Notes under the pieces: model-generated | What the model was told of the DNA's origin: nothing | The model's input: only the letters and a program-made list of their open reading frames with translations | Databases searched by the model: none | DNA from: Vicinamibacteria bacterium | GTDB lineage: Bacteria > Acidobacteriota > Vicinamibacteria > Marinacidobacterales > Marinacidobacteraceae | Length of the DNA: 64,000 bases | NCBI GenBank assembly: GCA_963668695.2 | Contig: CAXXLQ010000004.1 | Span: 1,472,001 to 1,536,000, forward strand | Direction: 5' to 3' | Part shown: positions 46,622-55,105 of the stretch, piece by piece | Numbering within the stretch: position 1 is the first letter of the stretch | How the letters are laid out: each line of letters begins with the position of its first letter | Position numbers and translations under genes: made by a program

Positions 46622-46968
46622 TCCGGCGCGGAGATCTCTGGCTCCATCGGTTCGGCACGCCGGATCGGCGGCGCCCGGTTCTGGTGTTGACCCGCGATGA
46701 AGTGGCGAACAGGCTCGGCACGGTCGCCGTGGCGCCCGTCATGTCCACGATCCGCGGGATTCGCAGCGAGGTCAGGGTCGGAGTGGCCGAAGGACTGAAG
46801 CAGGACTCCGTCGTGAACCTCGACCATGTTCACACGGTGTCACGAGCCGCGCTCCATCAATGGATTGGCCGCCTCGGTCCAGCCCGGATGTTCGACGTCT
46901 GCCGGGCGTTGAACGCGGCCTTCGGATGTGAGGCGACCATGGTCCGTGAGCAGCCGTGGGTGTTGTGA
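46609..46968 (+). CDS. mazF: PemK/MazF family endoribonuclease toxin
   Basis: RRGDLW, RRPVLVLT, VAPV.STIRG, SVVNLDHVHTV. Confidence 0.92.
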   Translation: MAGIVRRGDLWLHRFGTPDRRRPVLVLTRDEVANRLGTVAVAPVMSTIRGIRSEVRVGVAEGLKQDSVVNLDHVHTVSRAALHQWIGRLGPARMFDVCRALNAAFGCEATMVREQPWVL

Positions 46969-46987
46969 TGGCGCCGCATGATCGTTG

Positions 46988-47025
46988 CCCATATAGCCCA
47001 TAGTCGATGATATGGGTAATATGGG
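46988..47025. promoter_or_regulatory. Putative VapB operator
   Basis: CCCATATAGCCCATA-N8-TATGGGTAATATGGG imperfect inverted repeat ending 3 nt before the ATG. Confidence 0.6.
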
Positions 47026-47028
47026 TCC

Positions 47029-47271
47029 ATGAAGACGACCGTAGAGATCCACGACGCGTTGCTCCTGCGTGCAAAGGATCACGCCCGGCAAAACGGAACC
47101 ACGCTCCGGTCGGTGATCGAGGAGGGACTCCGCCGAACACTGGACGAGCCGCAGCCTCAGGAGCCGTACCGCCTGCCCGACCGGAGTGTCGGAGACCCGG
47201 AGGACCCCTGGCCGCTCGACGACTACACCTGGCTCGAACTCCGGGAAATCATCTACGGAGACCGCGGTTAG
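47029..47271 (+). CDS. VapB-like antitoxin
   Basis: MKTTVEIHDALLLRAK..A...GTTLRSVIEEGLR. Confidence 0.88.
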   Translation: MKTTVEIHDALLLRAKDHARQNGTTLRSVIEEGLRRTLDEPQPQEPYRLPDRSVGDPEDPWPLDDYTWLELREIIYGDRG

Positions 47272-47273
47272 CC

Positions 47274-47726
47274 GTGCTCGCCGTGGACACGAACGTCCTG
47301 GTTCAGGCACATCGGCGAGACGCGCCACAACATGCGGTGGCTCGCCGATGCCTTACCGGGCTCGCAGAGGGCAGCCGGATCTGGGCAATCCCGTGGCCCT
47401 GCTGCCATGAGTTCCTGAATGTGGTTACGAACCCCAGGATCTGGAAGACGACTGCCAGTCCCATGGCGGACGCGTGGCAGCAGCTCCGCGATTGGGCGGC
47501 TTCGCCTGCAAACCGCCTGATCGGCGAAACGGACGGCCATCTGTCGTTGCTCGGCGATCTTGTCAAGCGCCCCCGCGTGCGGGGACCCGTCGTCCACGAT
47601 GCCCGGATCGCCGCGATCTGCGTTGCCCACGGGGTGGACGTGCTCTTCACCTGCGATCGCGATTTCTCACTCTTCCCCGAACTGCGCACCCACAATCCGC
47701 TTCGGGGTTCGGCAGGAGCGCCGTGA
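47274..47726 (+). CDS. vapC: VapC (PIN domain) toxin
   Basis: GTG start: LAVDTNVL, HEFL, VHDARIAA, TCDRDF. Confidence 0.92.
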   Translation: MLAVDTNVLVQAHRRDAPQHAVARRCLTGLAEGSRIWAIPWPCCHEFLNVVTNPRIWKTTASPMADAWQQLRDWAASPANRLIGETDGHLSLLGDLVKRPRVRGPVVHDARIAAICVAHGVDVLFTCDRDFSLFPELRTHNPLRGSAGAP

Positions 47727-47794
47727 GGACGCCGCCGGCGCGGGACGCCAACTCGGGAAGCGTCACCGCCGGCCAGGGAACGCCGACCTCTGTT

Positions 47795-47842
47795 TTCGGT
47801 TGCGAGGCGACCATGGTTCGCGAAGAGCCGTGGTCGCTCTGA
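47795..47842 (+). pseudogene. Orphan second copy of the mazF 3' end
   Basis: Encodes FGCEATMVREEPWSL* versus FGCEATMVREQPWVL* at 46921-46968; 38/48 nt identical. Confidence 0.75.
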
Positions 47843-48022
47843 GGGGAGAATTCCGCGTCTGGTAAGGAACCGGCTGACCACGCGAACCCAGGCAACCGGG
47901 CTCCCATTCGCCCCGCGCGACGGCGCTTGACACAGGAGCGTCGCAACCCGTACGGTGTTGTCGATTCAATCCCGTCTCGCGGACCCCTGCGGGACCGATC
48001 AGATTTCCTTAGGAGTTGTCTG

Positions 48023-50854
48023 ATGATGAAGACTCGGAAGCTACTTGGAGGCCTGCTGGCGCTCGGACTCGTCCTTGCTGCCGGCTCGGCGTTCGGCCAG
48101 ATCACCGGCACGATCCTGGGCACGGTGTCGGACGACCAGGGACTGGTTCTTCCCGGCACGTCGGTGTCCGTCTCCTCGGATCAGCTTCCCGGAGGGCCGC
48201 GCTCGGCGGTAACGAACGCTTCCGGGCAGTACCGCTTCCCGAACCTGCCTCCCGGCGAGTACACCCTCACGGTGGAACTCTCCGGCTTCGGGACCTATAT
48301 CGAGGAAGGGATGCAGGTCCTGGTGGGAGGCACCGTAGAGCGGGGCGTTTCGCTCGGTCTCGCCACCGTCGCCGAGACCGTGACTGTCACCGGCGAGACG
48401 CCGGTGGTGGACACCCGCAAGTCCGGGGTTTCGACGAACTACACGAGCGAGTACATGGAAAACACCCCGCTCCGCCGGTTCAGCTTCTTCGACTTCACCA
48501 AGTCCGCTCCCGGCATGTCGGCCACCAACCCGACGAGCGGGACCAGCAGCCGGGTGTCCGCGTTCGGGTCCGGGGTGGACGAGAACAAATACATGATGGA
48601 CGGCGTGGACTTCACCGCTCCGGTTTCCGGCGCCGCCTGGCCCTGGCCGGCCACCGACCTGATCGAGGAAATGGAGATCGTTTCCCTCGGCGCGTCAGCG
48701 GAACACGGCAGCGCGGCGGGCGCCGTCTTCAATGTCGTGACCAAGCAGGGAACGAACAGGTTCACTTTTACCGGTGCCGCGTACAAGCAGTCCCAGTCCC
48801 TCACCACGCAGCCGATCAAGCTGAACGCGGACGGCGAAGACGACCCGAACGGCTGGGGCTACAACCGGGACCGCTACGACGACTACACGGTCCACGGCGG
48901 CGGCCCGATCATCCGGGACCGGGCGTGGTTGTATGCCAACTACCAGTACCTGCAGGACTGGGACACCCAGCCGGGGGCGGATCCGCAGTTCCCCCGCAAG
49001 TTCGGCGCCCACCGCATGTTCTGGAAGCTGACGGCGGATATCACCCCGAACGTCAAGTTCATGCATACGTACCACGATGACATCTGGGTCATCCCCGCGA
49101 CCCCGTCGGTGTCCCGCCCCTTTTCCACCATCGCCACCTTCAGTGGGAAGAACCCTTCGTTGACGTTCGGGCGCATCACCCACATCCTCAGCCCCGAGAC
49201 CTTCTATGAGGTCGGAGTATCGGGTTTTTACTCCCCGCGCGACCTCAGCGAGTCGAACAACCCAGGAGTCCCTGGGACCGTTGACATCGACAACGGGATC
49301 CGGTACGGCGGCAATCCCTATTACGACATCTTCAAGCAGGCGCGCACGGATGTGAAGGGAAAGATCAGTCACTACGCGAGCGACTGGCTGGGCGCCGACC
49401 ATGACTTCAAGTTCGGCGTCCAGTACACGGACGGCTCCCACAGCTCGCACGGCGGCTACGTGCCCGGCCCCAACTACCCTGGCGGGGTCTACTACTACAT
49501 CAACGGCGACGGCACTCCCTACGGGATCCTTACTTCGACGACCTACAACACCGGAGGGCAGTTCAAGGAGACCGCAGCCTACGTGGAGGATGTCATCAAC
49601 GTCGGCAACCGCGTCACCGTTTCCGCCGGGGTGCGGCTGGATCGGGTGCGCGGGATCAGCCAGGACGTGGACGACCTGCTGGTGAACGACCTCGTGGCGC
49701 TCACCTTCGACAAGCAGGGGACCGTTTCCGGCGCCGCGGAGCAGTTCAGTTGGACCAACTTCGGGCCGAGGCTCGGCTTCAACATGCGGCTCGACGACGA
49801 CGGGAAGACCGTCCTTCGCGGCAACTGGGGACGCTTCTACCGGACCGCCATCACCGGCGAATTGAGCAACATCCACCCCGGGCAGGGAAGCCAGCAGGAG
49901 TTCTACTGGAATGAGGACACCGGGAGGTACGACATTGAGGGACCGAAGTACGAGGCGAGCACCGACGTCGGCTACGACTCCAGTTCCCGGTCTCCCGTGA
50001 CCGATCAGATGTCCATCGGCTTCGATCGGGAACTCGGAACCAGCCTCGCCTTCAGCTTCACCTACGTCCGGAAGGATCAAAACGACCTGCTGGGCTGGAA
50101 CGTGGAAAACGCCACCTACACCACGGCCTCCCACGCCTTCGGCAACGGCCAGACCATCGAGGTCTATCCCATCACCTCGGATCCCGACGTCCGTTTCTAC
50201 CGCCTGACCAACGTGGACTGCCAGGGCATTTCCTACCGTTGCGATCCGATGTACATGGACTACAACGGATTCGTATTCGGCCTCGAAAAGAGGATGTCCG
50301 ACAACTGGCAGGCGCAGGCCTCTTATGTCTGGTCGAAGGCCTACGGGATCCTGCCCTCCAGCGGGTTCGGCGCGGCGTCGAGCCAGACCACGCGGGTGTA
50401 CGGAAGTTCGCTGGCCCGGGACCCGAACCAGTTCATCAACGCGGAGGGACACTTGCTGAACGACCGGACCCACACGTTCCGGGTTACCGGGACGGTTATC
50501 CTGCCGTTCGACATCCTGTTCGGCTGGAACTACGCCTACTTCAACGGCAAGCCTTGGGCGCAGCGTGGCCGGATTCCGAGGGAGGTCCTGCCGCAGAGCG
50601 GACTAAGCGTCAATCTCGAAAGCCCCGGATCGAGACGGCTGGATGATCAGAACCTGCTGGACTTCCGGATCTCGAAGTCCGCGTTCCTCGCGGAAACGAC
50701 CCGGTTCGAGGTGTTCGTGGACGCCCTCAACCTGATGAACGCGACATCTCCGGAGGACGTGGCGTCTCAGACCTGGGACTCCAGTCTGTACGGCGTCGGT
50801 GAGCGCTTTGTGGATCCTCGGCGGCTCATGATTGGCGTCAAGATCACCTACTGA
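48023..50854 (+). CDS. TonB-dependent receptor-like outer membrane protein (carboxypeptidase-regulatory-like N-terminal domain, Oar-like)
   Basis: AGGAG RBS, signal peptide, GTVSDDQG..LPG, YRF..LPPGEY, plug motif NVVTKQG, beta-barrel ending in an aromatic residue (KITY). Confidence 0.93.
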   Translation: MMKTRKLLGGLLALGLVLAAGSAFGQITGTILGTVSDDQGLVLPGTSVSVSSDQLPGGPRSAVTNASGQYRFPNLPPGEYTLTVELSGFGTYIEEGMQVLVGGTVERGVSLGLATVAETVTVTGETPVVDTRKSGVSTNYTSEYMENTPLRRFSFFDFTKSAPGMSATNPTSGTSSRVSAFGSGVDENKYMMDGVDFTAPVSGAAWPWPATDLIEEMEIVSLGASAEHGSAAGAVFNVVTKQGTNRFTFTGAAYKQSQSLTTQPIKLNADGEDDPNGWGYNRDRYDDYTVHGGGPIIRDRAWLYANYQYLQDWDTQPGADPQFPRKFGAHRMFWKLTADITPNVKFMHTYHDDIWVIPATPSVSRPFSTIATFSGKNPSLTFGRITHILSPETFYEVGVSGFYSPRDLSESNNPGVPGTVDIDNGIRYGGNPYYDIFKQARTDVKGKISHYASDWLGADHDFKFGVQYTDGSHSSHGGYVPGPNYPGGVYYYINGDGTPYGILTSTTYNTGGQFKETAAYVEDVINVGNRVTVSAGVRLDRVRGISQDVDDLLVNDLVALTFDKQGTVSGAAEQFSWTNFGPRLGFNMRLDDDGKTVLRGNWGRFYRTAITGELSNIHPGQGSQQEFYWNEDTGRYDIEGPKYEASTDVGYDSSSRSPVTDQMSIGFDRELGTSLAFSFTYVRKDQNDLLGWNVENATYTTASHAFGNGQTIEVYPITSDPDVRFYRLTNVDCQGISYRCDPMYMDYNGFVFGLEKRMSDNWQAQASYVWSKAYGILPSSGFGAASSQTTRVYGSSLARDPNQFINAEGHLLNDRTHTFRVTGTVILPFDILFGWNYAYFNGKPWAQRGRIPREVLPQSGLSVNLESPGSRRLDDQNLLDFRISKSAFLAETTRFEVFVDALNLMNATSPEDVASQTWDSSLYGVGERFVDPRRLMIGVKITY

Positions 50855-50874
50855 CCGCGCGCGTACCCGATTTC

Positions 50875-50902
50875 GGGGCGGGGGCCGGAGGGCCCCCGCC
50901 CC
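50875..50902 (+). terminator. GC-rich hairpin after the receptor gene (terminator or mRNA stabiliser)
   Basis: GGGGCGGGGGCC-GGAG-GGCCCCCGCCCC followed by TTCT. Confidence 0.6.
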
Positions 50903-50923
50903 TTCTCATATCCTCGCCCCAGC

Positions 50924-53074
50924 GTGAACCGACCAGGCCCGAAACCGCTGGCGCTCGCGCTGTTGCTCCTGGCACTGTCCCCGATTCTGCTGTCGGGGCA
51001 GGACGGCGCTCCCGACATCCGCAAACAGGAAGCCGAGGAACACTTCCAACACGGCCTCCGGATGGTGGGCCTCCGGAACAACGATCGGGCCATCGAGCTC
51101 TTCCAGTACGCGATCGCGCTGGATCCTGACCACCCCGGGGCCCATTTCTACGTGGGGCTCGCGTACATCCAGCGCGGCTACACGAGCCTTCGGCTGGCCG
51201 AGCATCATCTCTCCCGCGCCATCACGCTCGACGGCACGAATCCGCGGCAGTACCACTGGCGAGGCATCGCCCGGCTGCGGCTCGGCGATTACCCCGCCGC
51301 CACCGCCGACTTCGAAGTAGTTCTCCGGGAGACGCCGGACAGCCCCACCACGCTTCGCGCCCTGGGGGCGACGCTCCTCCGGATGGGGGCTCCCGGTCCC
51401 GCCTCGGCGGCGCTGCGCCAAGCGGTGGATCTCGAGCCCGAGATGCTCGAGCCGCGCTGGAACTTGATGGTTGCCGCGGAGCGGGCCGCCGGCGATTCGT
51501 CATCGCTTCCCGAGCGCTACCGCCTCGAGATTCCGGATCGCGGCGCGGAGTCGCCCGTTCGCTTCGAGGAGGTCTCGGCCGACATCGGGATCGAGCGCTG
51601 GTCGCGGGCTCGGGCCAGCGGCTGGGCCGACTTCGACGGGGACGGAGATCTGGATCTGTTCGCCCTCGGAATCCGGGACCCGCACGCGCTCTACCGAAAC
51701 CGCCTGCGCGAGGACGGCGCCGCGACCTTCGCGTCCGCGGCTCTCGATGCCGGGCTCTTCGATCCGCGCGGCGGGTGGTCCGCGCTCTTTTTCGACTACG
51801 ACCGCGACGGCGATCCGGACCTCTACGTGACCCGCGACGGCTGGGACGGCGAGGATGACAACAGCCTCTATCGCAACGACGGCGGCCGCTTCGTGGATGT
51901 CGCGGCGGCCGCGGGAATCCTGAGCGGCGCCGACAGCTTCACGGCGGCGGTGGCGGATGTGAACCGCGACGGCCTCCTCGACGTGTACGTGGCGAACGGG
52001 GTGGCCACCCGGGGAGGAGCTTCCAACGAACTCTTCCTCGGGCTTCCCGAAGGGCGGTTCGTAGAGCGGGCGGAGGCCATGGGGGTGGCGGACCACGGCC
52101 GCTCCATCGGCTCAGCCTTCGGCGACTATGACAACGACGGCTGGCCCGACCTGCTGGTCGTCAACTTCTTCGACCGTCCGGTGCTCTACCGCAACCTCGA
52201 GGGCGGAGGATTCGAGGATGTTTCCGACGCGGCCGGCATCGCCGCCCCGCACGAAGGTTTCGTCGGGTTCTTTTTCGACTACGACAACGACGCGCGCCTC
52301 GACATTCTGGTGGTGGGCTTCACCTCCGACATGGAGGTGGCGCTCCAGAGCCGCATCGCCGGGAAGGCCGTTGCCGAGGGCAGCCGCCTGGCGCTTTACC
52401 GGAACCAGGGCGACGGCACCTTCAACGACGTGACCGCGGAAGCCGGGCTCTCCTGGAACCTCGGCGCCATGGCGGCCACCTTCGGTGACTACGACAACGA
52501 CGGCTGGCTCGACATCTTCATCGGGGTAGGCGCGCCACCCATGGAGCGATTCGAGGCAAATCGGCTGTTTCGCAACCTCGGGGACGGCACCTTCGCCGAC
52601 GTGAGCGCTTCGGCCGGGGTGGACGACCTGGGGAAAGGGCACGGCGCGACGTTCGCGGACCCCGACCACGACGGCGATCTGGATCTTTTCGTTCCCATCG
52701 GTGGGGCATTCCCCGGGGATCGCCAGCGGAGCCGCTTCTACCGGAATCCGGCCTCGCAGATGCCGCATCCGAATGGCTGGCTCCACATCCTGCTCCGCGC
52801 CTCGAGCCTCCATCCCGATGCCGTGGGCGCCCAGGTGGCGCTGCGGGTCACCGATGCGCCGGATGCGCCCGTGCAGTTGCAGGAAGTTGCGATTGGTGGA
52901 GGCTTCGGAGTGACGCCCAGTCCCATTCTGGAGTTCGGCCTCGGGCAGCACCACACGGTTGCCGAAGTCGCCATCCGGTGGCCGGGCGGCGGCCACCGGG
53001 TGCTGCGGAACATTCCCGCGAACCAGCGGATCCTGGTCGTCGAGAACGAACCCGGTTACCAGGTCCTGCAGTGA
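50924..53074 (+). CDS. TPR + FG-GAP/VCBS + ASPIC/UnbV (CRTAC1-like) secreted protein
   Basis: Signal peptide, TPRs, about seven D-x-D-x-DG-x-x-D repeats, C-terminal LEFGLG...IRWPGG...PANQ. Confidence 0.92.
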   Translation: MNRPGPKPLALALLLLALSPILLSGQDGAPDIRKQEAEEHFQHGLRMVGLRNNDRAIELFQYAIALDPDHPGAHFYVGLAYIQRGYTSLRLAEHHLSRAITLDGTNPRQYHWRGIARLRLGDYPAATADFEVVLRETPDSPTTLRALGATLLRMGAPGPASAALRQAVDLEPEMLEPRWNLMVAAERAAGDSSSLPERYRLEIPDRGAESPVRFEEVSADIGIERWSRARASGWADFDGDGDLDLFALGIRDPHALYRNRLREDGAATFASAALDAGLFDPRGGWSALFFDYDRDGDPDLYVTRDGWDGEDDNSLYRNDGGRFVDVAAAAGILSGADSFTAAVADVNRDGLLDVYVANGVATRGGASNELFLGLPEGRFVERAEAMGVADHGRSIGSAFGDYDNDGWPDLLVVNFFDRPVLYRNLEGGGFEDVSDAAGIAAPHEGFVGFFFDYDNDARLDILVVGFTSDMEVALQSRIAGKAVAEGSRLALYRNQGDGTFNDVTAEAGLSWNLGAMAATFGDYDNDGWLDIFIGVGAPPMERFEANRLFRNLGDGTFADVSASAGVDDLGKGHGATFADPDHDGDLDLFVPIGGAFPGDRQRSRFYRNPASQMPHPNGWLHILLRASSLHPDAVGAQVALRVTDAPDAPVQLQEVAIGGGFGVTPSPILEFGLGQHHTVAEVAIRWPGGGHRVLRNIPANQRILVVENEPGYQVLQ

Positions 53075-53102
53075 GCCGCCGCCGACCCCCGTTGGCGGTG
53101 TG

Positions 53103-54154
53103 TCATGACTGGTTGGCTCGGGTCTCCGCAATTCTGGCCTGTGCGATGATCCAATCGAATCCAGGAGCATCGCCCAGAATCATCTCCTGCATGGCGCGGT
53201 AGTCCCGTTCGACAACGGCCATCAAGTCCGGTTGTGGCAGGAGCCGTACCTTCCCGGGGACCGCTTCGTCAAAGCGCTTCCAGCGTTGCGGGAAGGCCAT
53301 CAGGCTGTGGCGCCGAACGTCGTCGAGCAGTTCGTGGTCCTGGAGGGCCTTGGCTCCCAGTTCCGTCGCGGTGATCATGGCCGCGTCGTAGTAGTGACGC
53401 GAGAGCCGATGTTGGTCCTTCGGGAGTCGGCCTTCGTCACGGAAACCGCAATGCCAACCGTGGAGGATCAGTAGCTTCTCCCAATACGTGCGGGTGGGAG
53501 AAATCGCTGCAATGTTCTCGACCGCGAGGGACCACTCGGTGAGTTCATCCGCGATGAACGGCGTAACCGTGGAGTTCTGCCGGGGGCCGAGTGCTGATCG
53601 CGACCCGCACTCGATCCGTACTCCTGGTGTGACGTAGGAAAGTTCCGGGTGCGGGAAGAGGGTTGGATACTTGATCAGCAGGGTGGGGTCGGAATGCTCG
53701 TCGTCCCGAACGACGCGTCCGCCGCCGAAGCCGTCATTGAGTGCTGCGAGTTCGGTGTGGAGGCTGTTGAAGACGTAGCTACGGCAAGCATCATCCTTGA
53801 GTCTTGCGAACGGAGTCTTGCGAACGCCCTCTCTCGGGCCTTCGGTGACAGGCCAATGGCCGTCGGGTCAGAGCCCCCGCTGAAACCGAGGTCTCTCCGA
53901 TCCACGACAATGTCAATGTCTTCCGAGAAGCGCGGGACCAGTTGGAATGCCTTCGATAACGAGGTGCCGCCCTTGAAGAGCAATCTCGGGTGACCGTCCG
54001 GTAATCCGTTGTAGAGCAGATCGAGGGTAAGACAGACCCAAAAGTCCTTTTCGACATAGGCTGGCGGCGTATCGAGCCGACGGGACGTTTCCTCGAATAC
54101 ATCTGCCCGGTCACGGTCAGGAAGGTTGAGGAATCGGCGGAACGCGTCGTTCAT
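53103..54154 (-). pseudogene. abiEii: AbiEii type IV toxin (nucleotidyltransferase), frameshifted by a 14-bp tandem duplication
   Basis: EKDFWV, FKGGTSLSK, RFSEDID; downstream frame RIECGSR, RTYWEK, SRHYYD. GAGTCTTGCGAACG x2 at 53799-53826; 1052 - 14 = 1038 bp = 346 codons. Confidence 0.88.
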
Positions 54155-54798
54155 TCGGCCGGGCATTCGGCCGGGCATTCGGCCGGGTTCTCCGGTGTTT
54201 CGAGATCCCGTGTCAGATCCGCGACCCAGCCGGGCAGGTACCGCCGGTGGCGGACGATGTCTTTCTTCACGACATCCGGAAGCCGGGAGGCGAGGGTTGT
54301 GACGATCCCGGTGTCCTTGAGGTTGTCTTTTCCCAGCCACCGCAGAGCTTGGACGACGGGTCCCGCCGGTCGGTGAGCCCAGCTCATTACTCGCGGTCCC
54401 GCATGTCGCAGGCGAATCGTTCGCCCGTCAACGGTGATGACGCGGCTTGGCCCATCGGTCAGATAGCCGGCTTTGGCCGGCACCGCGTTCGTGAGGCCGA
54501 GTTGGTTCGCGGCTGCGGCGCCATCGCGCACGATGCGCACATTGTCTCGTCGAGCGATAGCGGCAATGACTGCGTCCATATCGGCGCGGGCAGGTCCATT
54601 CAGCACCCGGCTGATTCGGGGCCGATCGTAGAGACCGGGTCCAATCCGTCGGAGGCCTCCCTTCTTCGCGAGCCGTGACAACGCCTGGTCAACAGCGGGC
54701 CGTTTGCCGATGTCCAGAAAATCGGTGGCGCCGAAGACCCACTTCCCCCTGCCTCGGACGCGCACACGCTTCATGATGCGGGTGGCTGTTCCGGTCAT
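54151..54798 (-). CDS. AbiEi-type (DUF6088-like) antitoxin
   Basis: DFLDIG..AVDQALSRL...RRIGPGLY, AAANQLGLT.AVP, YLTDGPSR; ATGA overlap with the toxin. Confidence 0.88.
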   Translation of the reverse strand: MTGTATRIMKRVRVRGRGKWVFGATDFLDIGKRPAVDQALSRLAKKGGLRRIGPGLYDRPRISRVLNGPARADMDAVIAAIARRDNVRIVRDGAAAANQLGLTNAVPAKAGYLTDGPSRVITVDGRTIRLRHAGPRVMSWAHRPAGPVVQALRWLGKDNLKDTGIVTTLASRLPDVVKKDIVRHRRYLPGWVADLTRDLETPENPAECPAECPAE

Positions 54799-54821
54799 GC
54801 GTTATCTCCTTCGAATATATG

Positions 54822-54850
54822 TGTCAGAAATATATCCGATGTTTCTGACA
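54822..54850. promoter_or_regulatory. Putative AbiEi autoregulatory operator
   Basis: TGTCAGAAA-N11-TTTCTGACA perfect inverted repeat upstream of the AGGAG RBS. Confidence 0.7.
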
Positions 54851-55007
54851 TTTCAGAACCCATCACAACCCCGCCGCCCTTGCGGAACCGGGTTCACGGC
54901 CGATTGTGGAAGAGAGGCGAGAAGGGGCCGCACCTGGCTTTGGCGCCTCTCCGTTTGGTGTTGCACCGAATGGTTGACGCTGCGCGTGTCGCCCGCCTCG
55001 GGCGGAC

Positions 55008-55033
55008 GATGCCGGTCTGAAGACCGGCGTCCC
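55008..55033. repeat. REP-like palindrome
   Basis: GATGCCGGTCTGAAGACCGGCGTCCC, same family as 13896-13922. Confidence 0.7.
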
Positions 55034-55105
55034 CTGTCGGGCAACGCCAAGTCCTGGTTGGAGGTCGCTGCTCCCGCTGTCGCCTCCCTTTACGATACCG
55101 GCGGC

